A DNA stretch of 64,000 bases from Camelus ferus (Eukaryota). Location: positions 4,032,001 through 4,096,000 of the forward strand of contig NC_045696.1 in assembly GCF_009834535.1 (NCBI RefSeq). The letters are read 5' to 3'. The notes under the pieces are model-generated. The model had not been told where the DNA came from. It did not search any database and worked only from the letters and a program-made list of their open reading frames with translations. The stretch's first letter is position 1, and each line of letters begins with the position of its first letter. Shown here piece after piece: positions 22,301 to 37,300 of this stretch. The position numbers were made by a program, and so were the translations under genes.

Positions 22301-25300
22301 GCTAGAAAATGACAGAACCGGTTTTCCTGGCTCATCTGATGTGGGATGAGACTCGGACCCGTCAGCCTAGGCTTGGGCAGAAGAGGGTTTTATCCCCAAC
22401 CCAAACGGGAGCCAGAGCAGCCCTCGCTTCCCTCTGCTGAGACAGGGGCTCGGGGAGAACTGCCGGCTGCTGACTGAAGAAGAACACAGCCCTGGCGAGG
22501 TCTTTAACTCAAGCCTAGGAGGCTTCGGGGTCGGCCTCGCAGACACGCTGTCCTTGGTGCTGGGAGGAGACTCCAAGCCCCAGCCAGTCCCTCGGCTCAG
22601 TGACAGGCTCGGGTGTCACCGGCCAGCCCGCACCCCGCCGGGCTGGGGGGCTCGCGGGAAAGAGAGCTCCAGGCCGCGTGCTTGGTCTCCTCCCCCAGGG
22701 AGGGGGCCTCTCCGGAGCAGGAGCCAAAGGGCCGCCGCTCCTGGAGTCGCCAGCCCCGCGACCCTGCAGTCGTCACCCTGGCCTCCTGTCTCCAACGGAC
22801 AGTACATGTCTAGCTTCCTTCCCCTGTTAGACCCGGTGGGTCAGCCCGAAGTACAGGTGACCAGCAAGGAAACGGCAGGCACTTACCTGGGCAGTTTGAC
22901 TGAGGTTGGAAAACTCGCTGAAGTGTTTTCTGGCTGTGTCGGTGAAAGTGTGCCAGACAGTCTCTGAGCAAAGAAAGAGCGAAACGTCAGTGAACTGCAG
23001 CCAGGAAGAAGCGGGCTGAAGACACAGGGTGGATGGACCATGACGCCTTGTCCCCGTCCTGAGGCTGAGCTCCCCAGATCCGCAGACCAAGGGGGAAGGG
23101 GGGACGGCTCTCAAGCCCACTGTCACCGCCACCCTGAGCAGGTCCCTCGGTTCCCTGGCCTTTTGGTGGGTGTGTCCTCTTCAGGGTTAGCACGGGACTG
23201 CTCCCCGCACAGCAGCACAGAGGCCCAGCTATGATGCAGATAAAGCTCACACGTGCTCATCCTCCCCCCGAGGCTGCTAGAATCCGCAGCCTGTGTCCGA
23301 TCATTCCGTTCCCGGCCCCCCTCCAAGGCCCTGGCACCCACGGGAGGTACAGCAGGCAGGAGAGCGCCTCACCAACGACTTTCTGGAGCATGACGACCGC
23401 CGGGTCCACCAGGCGTTCCAGGTACTGCTTCACGATGGTCTCAAACGTCCTGTAGTTGACGAAGCCCAGGAGCTCTTTGCCTCGATACTGCTTCTCATAT
23501 CTTGAGACTTCTTCATGGATGACGTTTTTAACTACAAGACAGAACAAACCACCATGGTAAATTCTAATAATTTCGGAGACATTTTAGAGATGGGACCCAT
23601 CTGTGAAACTTACCCCAATGTTTCTAAACAGAGGTTTTTTTCATAATCAAAAAATGTATTGCTCTGATGATGCCAATTTGAGAAATAGTGACATTTAAGA
23701 CACAAAAATCTTTATCTGTTCAAATGTGTTTCAACTGAGGGTCGTCATCCTGAGAGAGAAGTTGAATGGTTATAATTGGAAGGGAAAAAATCTGATTAAG
23801 TGAAAACAGAGCCTCAGAAATTCTTGTGCACTTGCAGCTCTCCCAAGAATACATCCAGACACAGCCGGAGGAATCCTACCATGGATGGAGAGGGCTGTTT
23901 TTATTAAGTGTTAAAACAAAGATACACACACACAGGCGCACACGCACACGCACACGCACACACAGGCACATATCCTCCTGGCACCTGGGCTGCAGCAGAA
24001 TGGAGCTGGAACTTTGTCAGGCAAACAATCACCCTCTTTGGTCCTGCGTTACGGCTGAAGAGAAGGGGAGAGACGGGGCAAGTGATACCGTCCAGCCTTG
24101 AAAAGCAGGGAGGCAAGAAGGACACAGCAGGTAGGTGGTGGGGGGACTCCTGCTGAGCTGGCGAGGACAGAGGGAAGCACTCTCGGACACCAGGGGGCCC
24201 CCCGCCTGGGCAGGTGAAGCTCTTTGCACACTGTTTCTGCGCTGGGAGTGGCTTCTGGTCTCGGGGAATATGACCCTGCTCTTAGGGGAACACTGCCCCA
24301 GGACTTACCTTTTTGGGTGTTGGCTGCAAGTGTGAGGACCCAGTTTTTAAACTCCTCTCTGATTTTATTATATAAGCGGGTCTCTTTCTCCTTTACAACT
24401 TCTTCTCCTTCTATTAACTTTTCAATGTCCTGATTAAACGCCTTAATTTTCTGAAAAATGAGATAAAATCATCCATCAGTCCTGTAGTCATATTAAGAGC
24501 AGGAACCGGGACAGCAGCGTGTGGTGGGGGCTGGGGTCTGCAAGGAGGTCAGGGGACCCCCCAGCCACCTCATCCCCTGTTGAGACACACAGGGGGCAGG
24601 GCGGAGCTCCCACATGTCACCTGTGGGGACGCTCACGTGGAGGGCCACCTAGAGACGTGCGGGGCCACCAGGAAGGATACGGCCACCTAGAGAGACCTGG
24701 TGACGCAGAAGCCACTTTCTGTGCCCAGTGTCAGACGCAGTCCCTGGCATCCTCACCTCAATCAGAAAGAACATTTTATCAGCGTCGTGGCTGGGGATGT
24801 TGGCTCCACACTGGCGCAGCTCCTCTATCGCCCTCTGCTGGCTCTCCTTTATTTGATTTTCCAACAGTGGGAGGGATTTCTGAACAAAGGAAGAGAAACA
24901 CTGAAACTCTGCAGCTTGATGAAATCAGATGACAGATTTCTCAGGTATATGGGTGGAATCCCATCTGAAAGTATCCCAGGGGATCCGGAATTCCTATTAT
25001 CCTGTGGGAAGCTTGTTTAGTTGGACACCTGTTAAGGAGCCCAAGTTGGGCTTTGAAGGCAATGCTATGCACTGCAGTTGGAAAGATCTGCTGTTCTGTG
25101 AGGTTTTGCTGTGTGATCTGGGTGGGGCGGAGTCAGGGAAGGAGGGGCCACTTCTTGTTTTGTTTTGTTTGGCTCGGAGCTTTGCATCGAGAGAACAAAT
25201 ACACTTGAAAATAACGGGAGACTTATTTAATGAAATGTTCTGTTGGTAGTTTGAGTGTTGTAAACTGAAAAATGGTGCTTTGGTGGAAGGATGTGTCCTC

Positions 25301-28300
25301 GTGTTGGTGTCAGGCTGGGCACCGTCCCAACCAGTCAGTGTAACTGATGAAGATGACAAAGTCGGGGACTGGGAAGGATGGAGCGGACACCCGGGAGGGG
25401 GGTCTTTGGGCCAAGCATCGGTCCGAGACCTCACATCCCAGGTAAGCCCCACAGGCAATACAAAGCACGTGTCTTTATTGCTTCTTTTTCACAAGAGAGG
25501 AGCCTGTGGCTCAGAGAGGCAGACTGCTCGATACATCACTGAGCTAGTCAGGGGCAGAGTTCCATTTGGCACCCTGATCACCCGATCCTCGGCCCGTGCC
25601 CGGGAACACGGCAGGTAAAGGCACCTGAGTGCATGATGCTGGTGAGGACACCGGGCAGGATGAGCTCATGGGGATTTACAGGCAGTTTGTGGATTAGCCT
25701 CCCAAGAGGTCGATAAGGTGTGTGTGTTTCTCTCTCTCTCTGGCAGCTCGCAGCCATAGGCAGAAATGTATTCATTGTTTTCCTGATACTTCAAATGATC
25801 ATAACTGATCTTGATACAGAATGTTTAACGACTTTAAAATGGTAAAAAACTTAAATTTGAATTTCAATGAAATATTTAAATGTTAAATATTTAAATTTTA
25901 ATGTTTAACGTGAAGTGTTTAAATGTTTAAATGTTAATGTGAAATATTTAAATAAGGTTTGGAACTATTATCAAAATGCAATATCTACTAAAAAAAGATG
26001 TGTTTATCTCCACTAGACAAGGGATATACCTCTGAGGCAGGCATGCATTTTTCAGAACCCTGTGCTTCAGATGAAGGGGATTTCGCTGGAATCAGTGTTC
26101 CTCCAAGTGTGTTCCCCAGGTCACCTGGAACGTGAGAGGGGAGGCTCGTGGGTCCCACCCAACGCCTGGTGACTCGGAAACTCGGACCCGGGCCCTGGGA
26201 ATCTGAGCTGAAAGAAACACTCTGGGTAACTTCTGTGCACACACAGTTTGAGATCCACTGGCCACTTCCAAGCAAATATCCTTTGAATCTGTGTTTTCTG
26301 GTTCAAAAGAATCCATTGCCTTTGTGTGACAGCCGGCTCAGCACAGACTGGAATCCAGCCCCCGGGATCGTCTCTGCCCTAAGGGTTAATGTTCACTCTT
26401 CCCGCGTTGTTCGACCTCGGGCACACAGGTCCGGGCAGCACGACACGGGTTCTGCTGCTCCCAGGACACCGGGCCGCGGTCCGCGGTCGCCGGGTCGTCA
26501 GCGACGCCAGGAGAGCTTTGCCTGGGGTCGTCTGTGCTTGAGAACCGGTGAGCACTGAACATTTCTCTCCTACGAGCTTGAAGCTGGGAAGATGATTTTT
26601 GTGCCGTGACGCATTAAGAAGCTACTGGCAAGCTGCCGCGGCGTCCGTTCCCCTCTCCGCCGCTCTCCCCGGTGCTGGACGGCCCTGACGGCCCCGGGTA
26701 CCGGATTCCTCCTTCTTCCCTCAGTGCCCCCGAACGGACGGATTCACTCCTTCTTCCAACATCATGCAGGCGTTGCTTCCCCGTTACAGACGCTGTCTTG
26801 TGAGCCTGTGACTTGAATGACTTGCGTTTCAGACATACTTGCTTGCTTGCTGATTTGGGCAGTTTGATGGGTGTCTTGGCCAACTGATGACCACGAAAGT
26901 GACTTGGACGGGCTGTTACTTTTGTAGCCTGCAGCCCGACCCTCTGACTCACCCTGATGTGCACGGTGAGCTCGGCGGTGAGCCTTTCTGCCAGACGAGG
27001 CACGGTGGCCTTTCCTTCCTCCAGGAGACCTCTGAAACAGGAGAGGGCACACGTCAGCTCAGGAAGGGCTCGCTCTCCAGTACTGGGCCTTGCAGGTGGC
27101 CAGGGCAGCTCGCATCTCGGGTAACACGCGTCATCAGAAAGGCCAGGCGGCCCACGAGAAGGACAGTGACAACTCCGTGGAAGCCCGCACCTCGGCCAGC
27201 ACGGGGCTGGGAAGCTTGCACTCAGTTATCTCCTCTTATCATCCCAGCAAACTCATGAGTCATCTTTTCAGGAAAAGCAAAACACATGTAACTTCATAGA
27301 GGTTAAACGACTTGCCCAAAATAGTATTTCATTTCTCCTAACCATTACTTGTCCCCAAATGGCCGAATCCATCTTCATAAAGAAGAACAAGCAGCAGGCA
27401 CCCCAGCCCCTGACGTGTAACAGACGTGGCGAAGCTGCCGCCGCGAAAGCAGCGCGGTCCCTCGGCAGAGACGGGCAGAGGGGCCTCGGGGCGCAGAGCA
27501 AGCCCGGAAACACGCCCGCGCGGACGCCGTCAACTGGCGTTGGTAAAAGCACCAAGAACCTGCAGAGGGGGGAGGACGACCTCTTCAACAGCTGTTGTTG
27601 GCGAAACTGGATTTCCACACGCAAAGAGTGGGCCTGGATCCTCATCTCACACCAGACACAAACGCCAGCTGAAAACTGCTCAGCGGCTCCAATGCAAGAC
27701 CTGAGCCAGTCAGACACCTAGACCAGGGGGAACATCTTCATCACATCGATCCTGGAAGTGGTTTCACAGCTGGGACAGCAAAAGCACAGGAAACAAAAGC
27801 AAAACAGGCAGGCAGGACTACATGAAACCACGGAGCCCCAGCACTGCAAAGAGACAATTAACAGAGGAAAAGGCAGCGAACCAAACGGGAGAAAACATCT
27901 GCAAACCACACATCTGATCAAGAGTGTATTTCAGAAATATACAAGGAACTCCTACAAATCAATATCAAAAACCCCAAATAACACAATTGAGAAACGGGCT
28001 AATGACTTGAATAGAGATTTCCTCAGAGAAGACACACCGGTGGCCACTCAGTCCATGAAAATGTGCTAACGTCGCTGATCGTCGGGGAAATGCAAATCAA
28101 AACCACAACGAAACATCACTTCCCATCTCTGAGGATGATATTATCCAAACACCAGAACACAGGCGCTGGCCAGGATGCGGAGAAGCTGGGACCCTTGTAC
28201 ACTGTTGATGGGAATGCAAAATGGTGCAGCCACTACGAAAAGCAGTATGAAAATTCAAAAATTTAAAATGGGGCTCCCATACGATCCAGTCATCTCCCTT

Positions 28301-31300
28301 CTGGGGATTTATTCAAGAGAATTGGAATCAAGATCTCAAAGCAATATTGACACCCCTGTGTTCCCTGCTGCACTGCTCACAGTGTCCGCGGTGGGGACAG
28401 ACACGTGGATAAAGAAAATGTGGATATGCCTGCAATAGAATATGGTTCCACCTTTAGAAAGAAGGAAACTTTGCCACACGTGACACTGTGAATGACCCTT
28501 GAGGACTTCATGCGAAGTGCATTGAGCCACCGTAGAAGGACAAAGAACGCCTGGCCCCCTTTGCAGGAGCCATCTAAAGCCATCAGACTTGTGCCATCGG
28601 GGAGTGGAATGGCTGTCGCCACGTGTGGGGGGAGGAGGAAACGAGGGCTTGCTGAGCAAAGGGGATAAAGTTTCAATTCTGCAAGGTAAGTCACTTCTAG
28701 GGGCCCGGGGAACAACACTGCCTGTGGCGAACAGTCCTGCACTGTGCACTTTCACATTTCTCGGGAACGTCGACTTGTGCCAAACGCTCTCGCCGTCATG
28801 AAATGAGTTTTGAAAGTGTTTACGTGGGGCTTCTGAGTGCCTACACCGTTCTAAGGGCTTTACAGATATTTAATCATGGAACAACCAGGTTTACAGAGAG
28901 AAAGGCAAAGACAAAGGGGAAGGCGCTTGCCCGGGGCCACACACCAGGCAGTCCGGCCGCTGAGTGTTTGCTGTCAGCACAGATTCAGGAAGGACCCGTG
29001 GGCTCATCGTCCCAGGGCTGCTCTGAGAGCTGTCGTGCAGGGCCAGAGTCCCAGTACGCGGACGCACGATGACTAAAGTCAGATGTCCAGCGACAAAGCA
29101 CTTCAACACACTTTTTCATCCAAGACTTAATTTGCCCAAAATCCGGTTGTTTTCAAAGTCTGGTCCCTGGACCAGCAACACCTGGGAACGTGTTAGGAAC
29201 ACAGATTCTGCGGCCTGACACCCAGACCTCAGAAACTCTGGGCCGGGGCACAGCCAGCTGGATCCTCCTGCTGGCTCAGGGTTGAGAACCGTGGGCGTGG
29301 TTGTTACAGAGCCTTCTTCTTGCTCGGCGAGCGGGGCTTTCTCTGCCTGCGACCCCCAGTGCTACCGAAAACAGTCTGTGTCTTGGATTCAGGGTGGGGA
29401 CAGACAGAAGGGAGGATCCGGGTGCTGGTTTGGGAGTGTTGGCTCCTTGGGCGCTGGAACCTGTGTGTGGGTCACATATTTAATCCTAAACTCAACCCTG
29501 TGGAGCACCAGCAGGACTCACTGAGCAGATGAGAAAGCAGAAGCTCAGAGAGGGCCAGCCATCTCCCAAGGGCACAGAGCAAGCAGCAAGCCTGGTCTGC
29601 CCAAATCCATCCTCTTCCCACTGTGTCTCTCCTTAAAGCAGGCGTGGTCTGTATCTTCTTACCCCACTCCCTCATAGTTCAAGAACAGCAAGTTCCTGAA
29701 TGAATTATAAGGAAAAATTGCCCAATTCAATTGGAAAATTCCCACTGTCTTGCCAACTACAGAGGCACTACAAGATAATTTTCGATAAGAACCAGTTAGC
29801 CTGCAGGCTCTAAAGAGCTGGAGAGTTCCGTAAAGCAAGTAGGTGTGCCGGTTGATTTAACGTCTTACATCTTTAACGCCTTTGACCAGGTTCACTAGTT
29901 TCCAAAAGTTAGAAGATCTGTTTCTAGGCCTCTTTTCATTCACTATTTGTTCAACCTCATCGCCCTCATCTGTAAAAATGGGAAGAACCTCACCTGCTAT
30001 ATGTACCTCTTAAGAATTTGTGGGACTCAAATGAGCAACAAGTGAAAACCTTTGGGGAAACCACAGTGTATATGCCCCATGAAATGCCATGTTACAAGGT
30101 TTTCATCAGCACCATCATTAGAGACCAAGAGGAAAATGACTGGTTTAAATAAGCCAACAAAATTAACACCAAAATTAAGACAAGGATATGTTATGCCAGG
30201 TGGTATAATTTTACATGTAATTTGGTCATCGTATCGGCCAATCCTGGCAGGCGGAACTGGCTTCCAGGGAGTCCAGCCCTGAGGTTGTCCTAAAGAACCT
30301 CACCTGAAGTACGGATGCATTTGGAAGAACAGCGTCTCTCTCCTGGTGGCCTCTGCCAAGCTCATTTTGTCCAGGATGTCCTGCTGGCCCCGGCACTTCA
30401 CTATCATGTAGCCCTTCTTGAGGCAGTACGTGAGGTTCTGCATCACGTTCAGGACGCATTTCTCGGTGCCCTTGTCCACTAGGTCTGGTTTGGTCAGGAT
30501 CCCTGTGAGATGATGGAGGAAAGCACTGGAAGGTCAGTTGTCCCCTCAGACATATTTGAGTTCCACTAGGCTATGGGGCCTTTTATTGGGCAAGACCAAC
30601 CAAGTCCGCAGCCTTGACCGCCCAGTGCCTGGCTGCCCATTCATTGATCCCACCGTCACCCCTCTTCCTTGCACCTGCATTTGCTTATCCACTCACTGGA
30701 CTCCTTACCTGCCTTGGGTCATTTGTTTAACAAATGTTTCTTGGGTGCCTGCTGGGTGCCGACACTAAGGCAGCAGCATCAGATCGGACCGGATCGGCTC
30801 CACCACCACGTTTCCAGGGACCCGTCATCCCTGCTGTCAGGAGGGTCTGGCGTCTCAGGTTGCATACTCGCTCCACCCCCTCCACCCCCTCCTTGTGGTT
30901 CCTCCTCTGAGAGTCTCCCACCTGCTTTCCTGTCTCGCTCTCCCGCCCTCACTGCTCCCCACTCACACTGGATGGAAAGCCGTGCATTCTGCGTGATTGT
31001 GTTCTTTGAGTGTCAAATTCCCGCTGCATTTCCTCTTTGTTTCCTGTTAGAAACCTGAAGGTCATCTTCTACTGTCACTGTCATTGTTTTTAATTTGCTG
31101 TGAAGTCTGGACTTCTCGTCCACCATTTCCTGAAACTTTCCCGGCACCTAAAGGATTGAATTTCTCTCTCTCTTTTGACCTTCCTGTCACCAAAAGGTGT
31201 CATTTAAGAGCGGATCTTCACAGTCGCTAAGAGGTTTGTGCAAGCACAGGCCTTCATGTCACTGACAGAGTCGAGATGTCTCTGAATCTACTCTCGCACC

Positions 31301-34300
31301 TTCCGTGGCCAGAGAGGACCTTCCCCTGGGAGGGAGAAAGCAGCCAAGAAGGCCCGTCCCTGGAAGCAGCGGTCACTCGTAGAAGCCTAGGCCACTGGCC
31401 TTTATTCGCAGGACAAGTACAAGAGAACAGAACTTGGGACGCTCTGCTAGGACTCGCTGCAGCCGGGGAGAGCGCCTTCTCGCAGTGAGCCTGGTTGAAA
31501 AAGAGGACGCACGCGAATACGTCCCCATCTGCAGCATTTGCTCACGAGCCTCATTTCGGGCCCCAGCTACAGGGAAGGCCGCTAACTGCCAAACATTCCT
31601 AGACACTTCAATTAGAAAAACAAAATTAATCCATTCCTAGATGCCGTACACAAACATATTTAATTAAGAAAGGAGCACACTGAGTCAAGCGCATGCTGAG
31701 GGTGTTGAGCAGGTGGCCGTGAACAAGACTGCAAAGTCCCTGACCTCACGAATATCCCCTCCCTTGTAGTGGGAAAGTGCTAGAGAAATGAATCCAGTAA
31801 CGTAAGAGAAACAAAGAAAAACATCCGCTGTTGATCCGTGCTATGCAGAGAATGACAGTGACTGCTGGCAGGTGAGTGCAGGCAGGCGTGGATGGTGTAG
31901 ATCCCGGCTGGGTCCCCAGGCGGGCCCCTGGGAAGGCAGCGCTCAGGCTGAGGTCTGATAGGAGGAAGGAGCCGGCCTAGTGAAGATGGGGAAAGACCCT
32001 TCCAGGCCCTTGGGAAGAAGGAGCTGGGATGACTGAGCAGGACTGGAGAGGAGGGCGCGGCAGAGAGCAACGGGAACTGTGCTCAGAGAGCCACGCAGGG
32101 GCCAGGCCACAGGGGGCTTGTGGTCCAGGCACAGGAGTCTGGGTTTGTGTATGTGCGGAGGGAGCATTAGAGAGTCAGTCGGGGGCGGGGCGACACGACC
32201 CAATTTGCATGTTTAAGGACCCGCAGAGAGTGCAGTGCACTGGGCAAGGTGAGTGTGGAGAGACCAGGCAGCAGGTGATGGAGGCTCAGACTGCACAAAT
32301 GAGAAGTGCAGATGGATGTGGTGTCGGTCTGGAGGCAGAGTCACCAGGACTTCAGATGGGTTAGACATGTGTAAGCAAGCAGAAGGCAGAATCAGGTGTG
32401 ACTGTCTGATTTGGCTTCAGACCTGGGCAGGCGGGTATGGAGCTAAGAAAGGGGCCGGGAAGCCCTGGGAAGGAGGAGAATCTGGGTAGGGTGCAGACCC
32501 CAGGGGTTGTGCTTTGGTCACATTAAATTGGAGACACTTAATGCGCTTCCAAGTGGAGATGTCAGGCCTAGGGAAAGGTTAAGGGTTACAGATACAGGTG
32601 TGGGTGTCGCTGGCAAATCGATGGGACTCGAAACTGTGGACAGACGTGATTATTTAAAGAGGCTGTGTTAACAGAGGGGAGAGCTCAGGACCAAGTTCTG
32701 GGTTTCCAGTACTTAGAGGCTAGAGAACTGAAAAACCAACCAGACCAAGATCGAGACCTCCAGGTGGCCAGGGAAGAGGAGACCTGAGAGAGAATGGGGA
32801 CCCAGAGGCCAGCAGGCCGTGATGTCCCAGCGCAGGAAGGAAGATGTCAAGAAGGGAGCGGTCGCCACCTTGACTTTGGCTGAGAGGTGGAGGAAGATGA
32901 GCACAGGGAAGGGACTGCACGTTTGTCAGCACGGAGGCCACTGGTGACCTTGACCAGAGCCTTCTCTGTCCCAAGGTGGGGACAGGAGCTCAGCCGGAGC
33001 TGGCTGTGCGGACAGTGTGCATTTAGCAGTGCATGGATGGGGAACAAGCTTGGTGGGGACCCCACAAATATTCTGACTCTGTTCTTCCCCAAGCTTAATA
33101 TTCTGTAAGCCACAACTACATCATCCACCAAATTTGTTCTGTTTTCACCCTTTGGAAGTACTGCATAGGCATTCATTCCTTTTCTGCTTTTAAAAAATGT
33201 GCTAAAGTACACGTAACTCACGTACACCAGAGAATACCTCAGTGCGTGAGAAGACGCTGCTCCCCCCTTTCTGCACCATCGTGGTCCCCGCTTCTCAAGT
33301 TAGTTTTATAAAATACGGTAAAATACACATAACCAAGTTTACAATTGTAGCCATTTTTTAAGACTCCAGTTGGGTGGCATTAAGTACAGCCTCACTGCCG
33401 TGCCATCGTGACCAGCACCCAGCTCCAGAATTTTCTCATCTTGCAAAACCAAAACTCTGTACCCTTTCATTAACTGCCAGTCCCCTTCCCCGCCTCTGGC
33501 AACCGCCATTCTACTTCCTGTCTCTTTGAATTTGTCCACGTTCCTCAAGTCAGTGGAATCATACAGGATTTATCTTTCTGGGACTGGCTTATTTCACGTC
33601 CTTCCTTTGCAAGGCTGGACAGCACCCCATTGTGTGTGCGCACCGTGGTTCGCTTGTGCACTCCTCCCTTGATGGGCACTTGGTTTGCTCCCACCTTTTG
33701 CTTTCGTGAAGAACGCTGCTGTGCACGTGGGTGGGGATTCCCTTTTCTTTTTAAACCCAGCGCACTTGTCTCTGTCGCTGCACTTGACCTGGAGTGCAGA
33801 TGGAAAGCCTGCAGGGACACTGTGATGCTGTCTGGGACGCACTAAGGTCTGACTGTGTGTCCTCTACGCCTGCAGTTCTTGGTGAATTCATATTAATAGC
33901 AGCTAATATTTAGCGAGAACCTTCGGTTATCGGAGTTTACGCCTAACGAGAGGAACAGACAACGATTAATAAGAAGCGTTACTCAGTTTCTACAGAGATG
34001 TCAACATCCGAATCGATCTACTGGGCAGGTGATATTACCTGCCGTGGCCGTCAGCAGGACATCCCTCTTGACTTACGATCGTGAGAAGAGACAGGAATTG
34101 CACGTACAAGGACGGGTGACCCCAGACCTGCGTTTTCTCCCTGTGTCCATGTGTCTGAGACGCCTGTAGGGGGCAGGAGCTAAGGGAGCACGCGTGGTCT
34201 GGCCTGGAGTAACACTGCACTGAGCCGCGCCCCCATCGGCTTGTGTCCATCCTTACTGGGAAACTGGGAACTCGTTTGGGAAAATAAAAATGGATAAAGG

Positions 34301-37300
34301 GTAGGTGTGTACTGAGTATCCACTTAGTCAAGGGAAATGACTTGCCAGTTTTCAGGAAGGAAACCGCTATGGGTAAGTGCGATGACTCGTAAAGAAGGGA
34401 TATTGAGTAATAATATTAAAACTTTAAAAATAGGAGCTGCCATTTGCCTAAGGGTGTGCAGCCAGTAAGTGGTAGGACGTGGATTCAAACCCAAGCAGTC
34501 TGTGTTCTTAAGCCAAGTCCCCTATAATACCTTCCAGGGTGGCTTTTTAACGAAAGGAATTTAAGGGAACCCAGGTCCCCAACGAAAAGTTGTGCTTGAA
34601 TGTGAATTCTGCAGACACCGTGTGCTGCAGTGCACGCCTGGAAGTGTGCTCACTGAGTATGCTCATCCGGGCTTTATGAAGGGCTTTCCCATCTCCAAGG
34701 AGTCACAAGAACTCAACTGTGGGACTGCAGAGCTGATGGGCCAGGCACTTCCTTCCTTGTGGACCACTGTGGATGTTCTCGTCCCCCATCCGGAATGGTT
34801 TGAGAATGCAGATGAGGGACAAGTGGAAGGAGGGCAAAGGACCTCCCAATTGTGGCCACACGTCTCACCCTGACTGTGACCCCCAGCCCATGGAGCTTCC
34901 CCTGGGAACAGCACTTGGACCCAACGCAGGAGTGGGCGTCCCTGGCAGAGCTCCAACCCAGGGCCTTCTATATACACGAGGATTCCCCCCGCCCTTCCCG
35001 GCCTCTACAACTGGGTTCCCTCTTCTTACCTATGGTCCTGTCCCCATCGGGGTCCACCTCCTGGGCCATGCTCAGCGCCTCTGTTGTGGCGATGTCCACG
35101 TTACAGGGGACCACCACCAGGTTGATCGTCTCCTGCCTCCGGATGTACTTGGTGATGAGTGCCTTGATCTGATGCCAGGGAATCACAAAGAACGAGCTCA
35201 TCTCTGGTCACCCAACGACACAGCCACATGTGTGTGACACCCAGAGCACGGCCCAGCTGTCCCACTTCTGGGCTCTGGCTTGTCCTCTTCCTCGGGAGTG
35301 TGTGCCCACCTGCCCTCCCGGGTCCTCTGTTGACGTCCTGCGTATCCTGCACAGCTCATCACCAGTGTTTCTTCCTTCTCGAAGACTCCCTGACCCCCAA
35401 GACCCTACTTCCTCTCCAGATCTCTCCCATGGCGCTCCTGAGACTGCCTTCTATGAGGGTGGTGTGTGCGTGCTGTGTCCTCCCCAGAAGGACACCTCTG
35501 GGGCGTCCCTGTCATGATCCCGGACGTCCCCATGCAGAGCCCAGCACAGCGCCCGCGGCAGGTGCTCAGCGCCAGCCCCCGTGACAGCTGACGTCAGTAA
35601 TGTCTCCACCTTTGTTTATGCAGAAAACCAATGACTTTTTCCTGCGTTTGTTCTCGGGAGGGGTCTAGCTCATTAGAATTAGAGAGATGTCATAAGATTT
35701 CTGAGACTTTGCAGGCACACAGGAGACGTGGGCCAGATACGCCTTAAACTCCCTGCGTGGAGAATGCAAACAAATAACCGTGGAGCAGGCTGGCACCTTG
35801 GGGTGTGTTTCCTTATATTTGGTATAACTCACACTTAGTGCTGCGCAGCTGACATTCCGTCTAATTTCAAGCTGTGCACAGAAAATAGTAGGCACAGCCA
35901 CAAAATAGAAAATTTCCATCACATAAGCACACATTAGCCTCATATAGAAAGTTAAGCACTGAGATGAAATAAAAATGCCGAATTTGAACAGGTCCAGTTA
36001 GGCCTCAGTCACGGGAAGTTTAACTGAGTAAAGCTACAGGCAAACTTTGTCCGGGAGCTTCCGTGGCAGTTGTCCTAACGGTGCAAGTTCGCTTCGCTGT
36101 TGGTGCCTCGCCCCTCGGCGGCACCTCCGTGACGGACCTGACAGCTTCTGTAAGTCAACGGACGGGGCCATCCAGGGCTCTCCGCCTCAGCGCTATTGGC
36201 AACCTGGGCTTCTTAACAGTTTTGTTTGTTTTTTTGAGCTATTACTATCCAAATTGCAATCCTTATTTTAAAATTTAACTTAATGATTTCACTGCATTTG
36301 GACCCTTTCAAGAATATCCAAGAACTCTTAAACAGTGATATTCTGAAAGTCCCAAGTTTGTCCAAAATCTGTATTACTGACTGATAGTGACGACAGCTCC
36401 ATAACAATAAGAGTAATCATTTTCTACAACCAGGCCCTTCTGTGTAGCACAGGGAACCGTGCCCAACGCCCTGCAATCAACCATCATGGGTGAGAACCTG
36501 AAGAAGAATTCATGCACACGTGTGACTGAATCACCATGCTGCACACCAGAAACCAACACAACACCGCAACCCGACTATTACAGAAGAGTAATTACTCTCC
36601 TTGTTGGGGTGAGGGACCTCCCCTGCGGGGCTGTCCTGTGCGCTGTGGAATACTGAGCTGCGTCTCTGTCTCTACCTACTAGATGCTGGTAATAATTGCA
36701 CTTTTCCCAAGTTGTGATAACCAAAAATGTCTCAGACATGCCTGCGTTCCCCGGAGCTGGGAACTGCGGCCTGAATCACACTCCTTCATGTGCATTTTGA
36801 CAGGATCTTGGGGAGTGAAAACTGCCCCCCTGTGTGTCTGCCTGCAGAGGGAAGCTTCGTAAACAGAATACCTTCTGCTCACGTCACCCGTGCTTATCGG
36901 GCTCAGGTTCTGGGCCGTTTGAGGACCCAGAGATTCAGCAGCCAACACGGAAGGCAGTTCCTCCCCGGTTACTCCCCAGCAGGGAATGCAGGCCATGAAC
37001 ACTCGGTGAAAAGGGACATGGAGTCAGAAGGGCCGGGCACAGGGCGTCCGGCATTAGGCATCATGATGGCCTTTGAGTAGAAGCCTGGGGTAAGTGGGGG
37101 CACGTGCCAGGTGGAAGTCTGGGTGGGGTGGGCATTTCAGGAAGAGGGAAGAGGAGGAATAAAGATAGGGGTGGGGCACAGAGGACACGGGGCCAATGAT
37201 CTGGGGCCAGCTCACATGGGACCTCGGGAGCTGTCTTGTGGATTGACATGGGACCACTGGGGACTCTGAGGAGTGAGGGCGTCTGGCCTGTGCTCTAGGA

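Noticed and set aside
27322..27337. ISRE-like TTTCATTTC in MX2 intron 7
   Set aside because: Only a 9-bp core lacking the AGTTTC flank; expected by chance.
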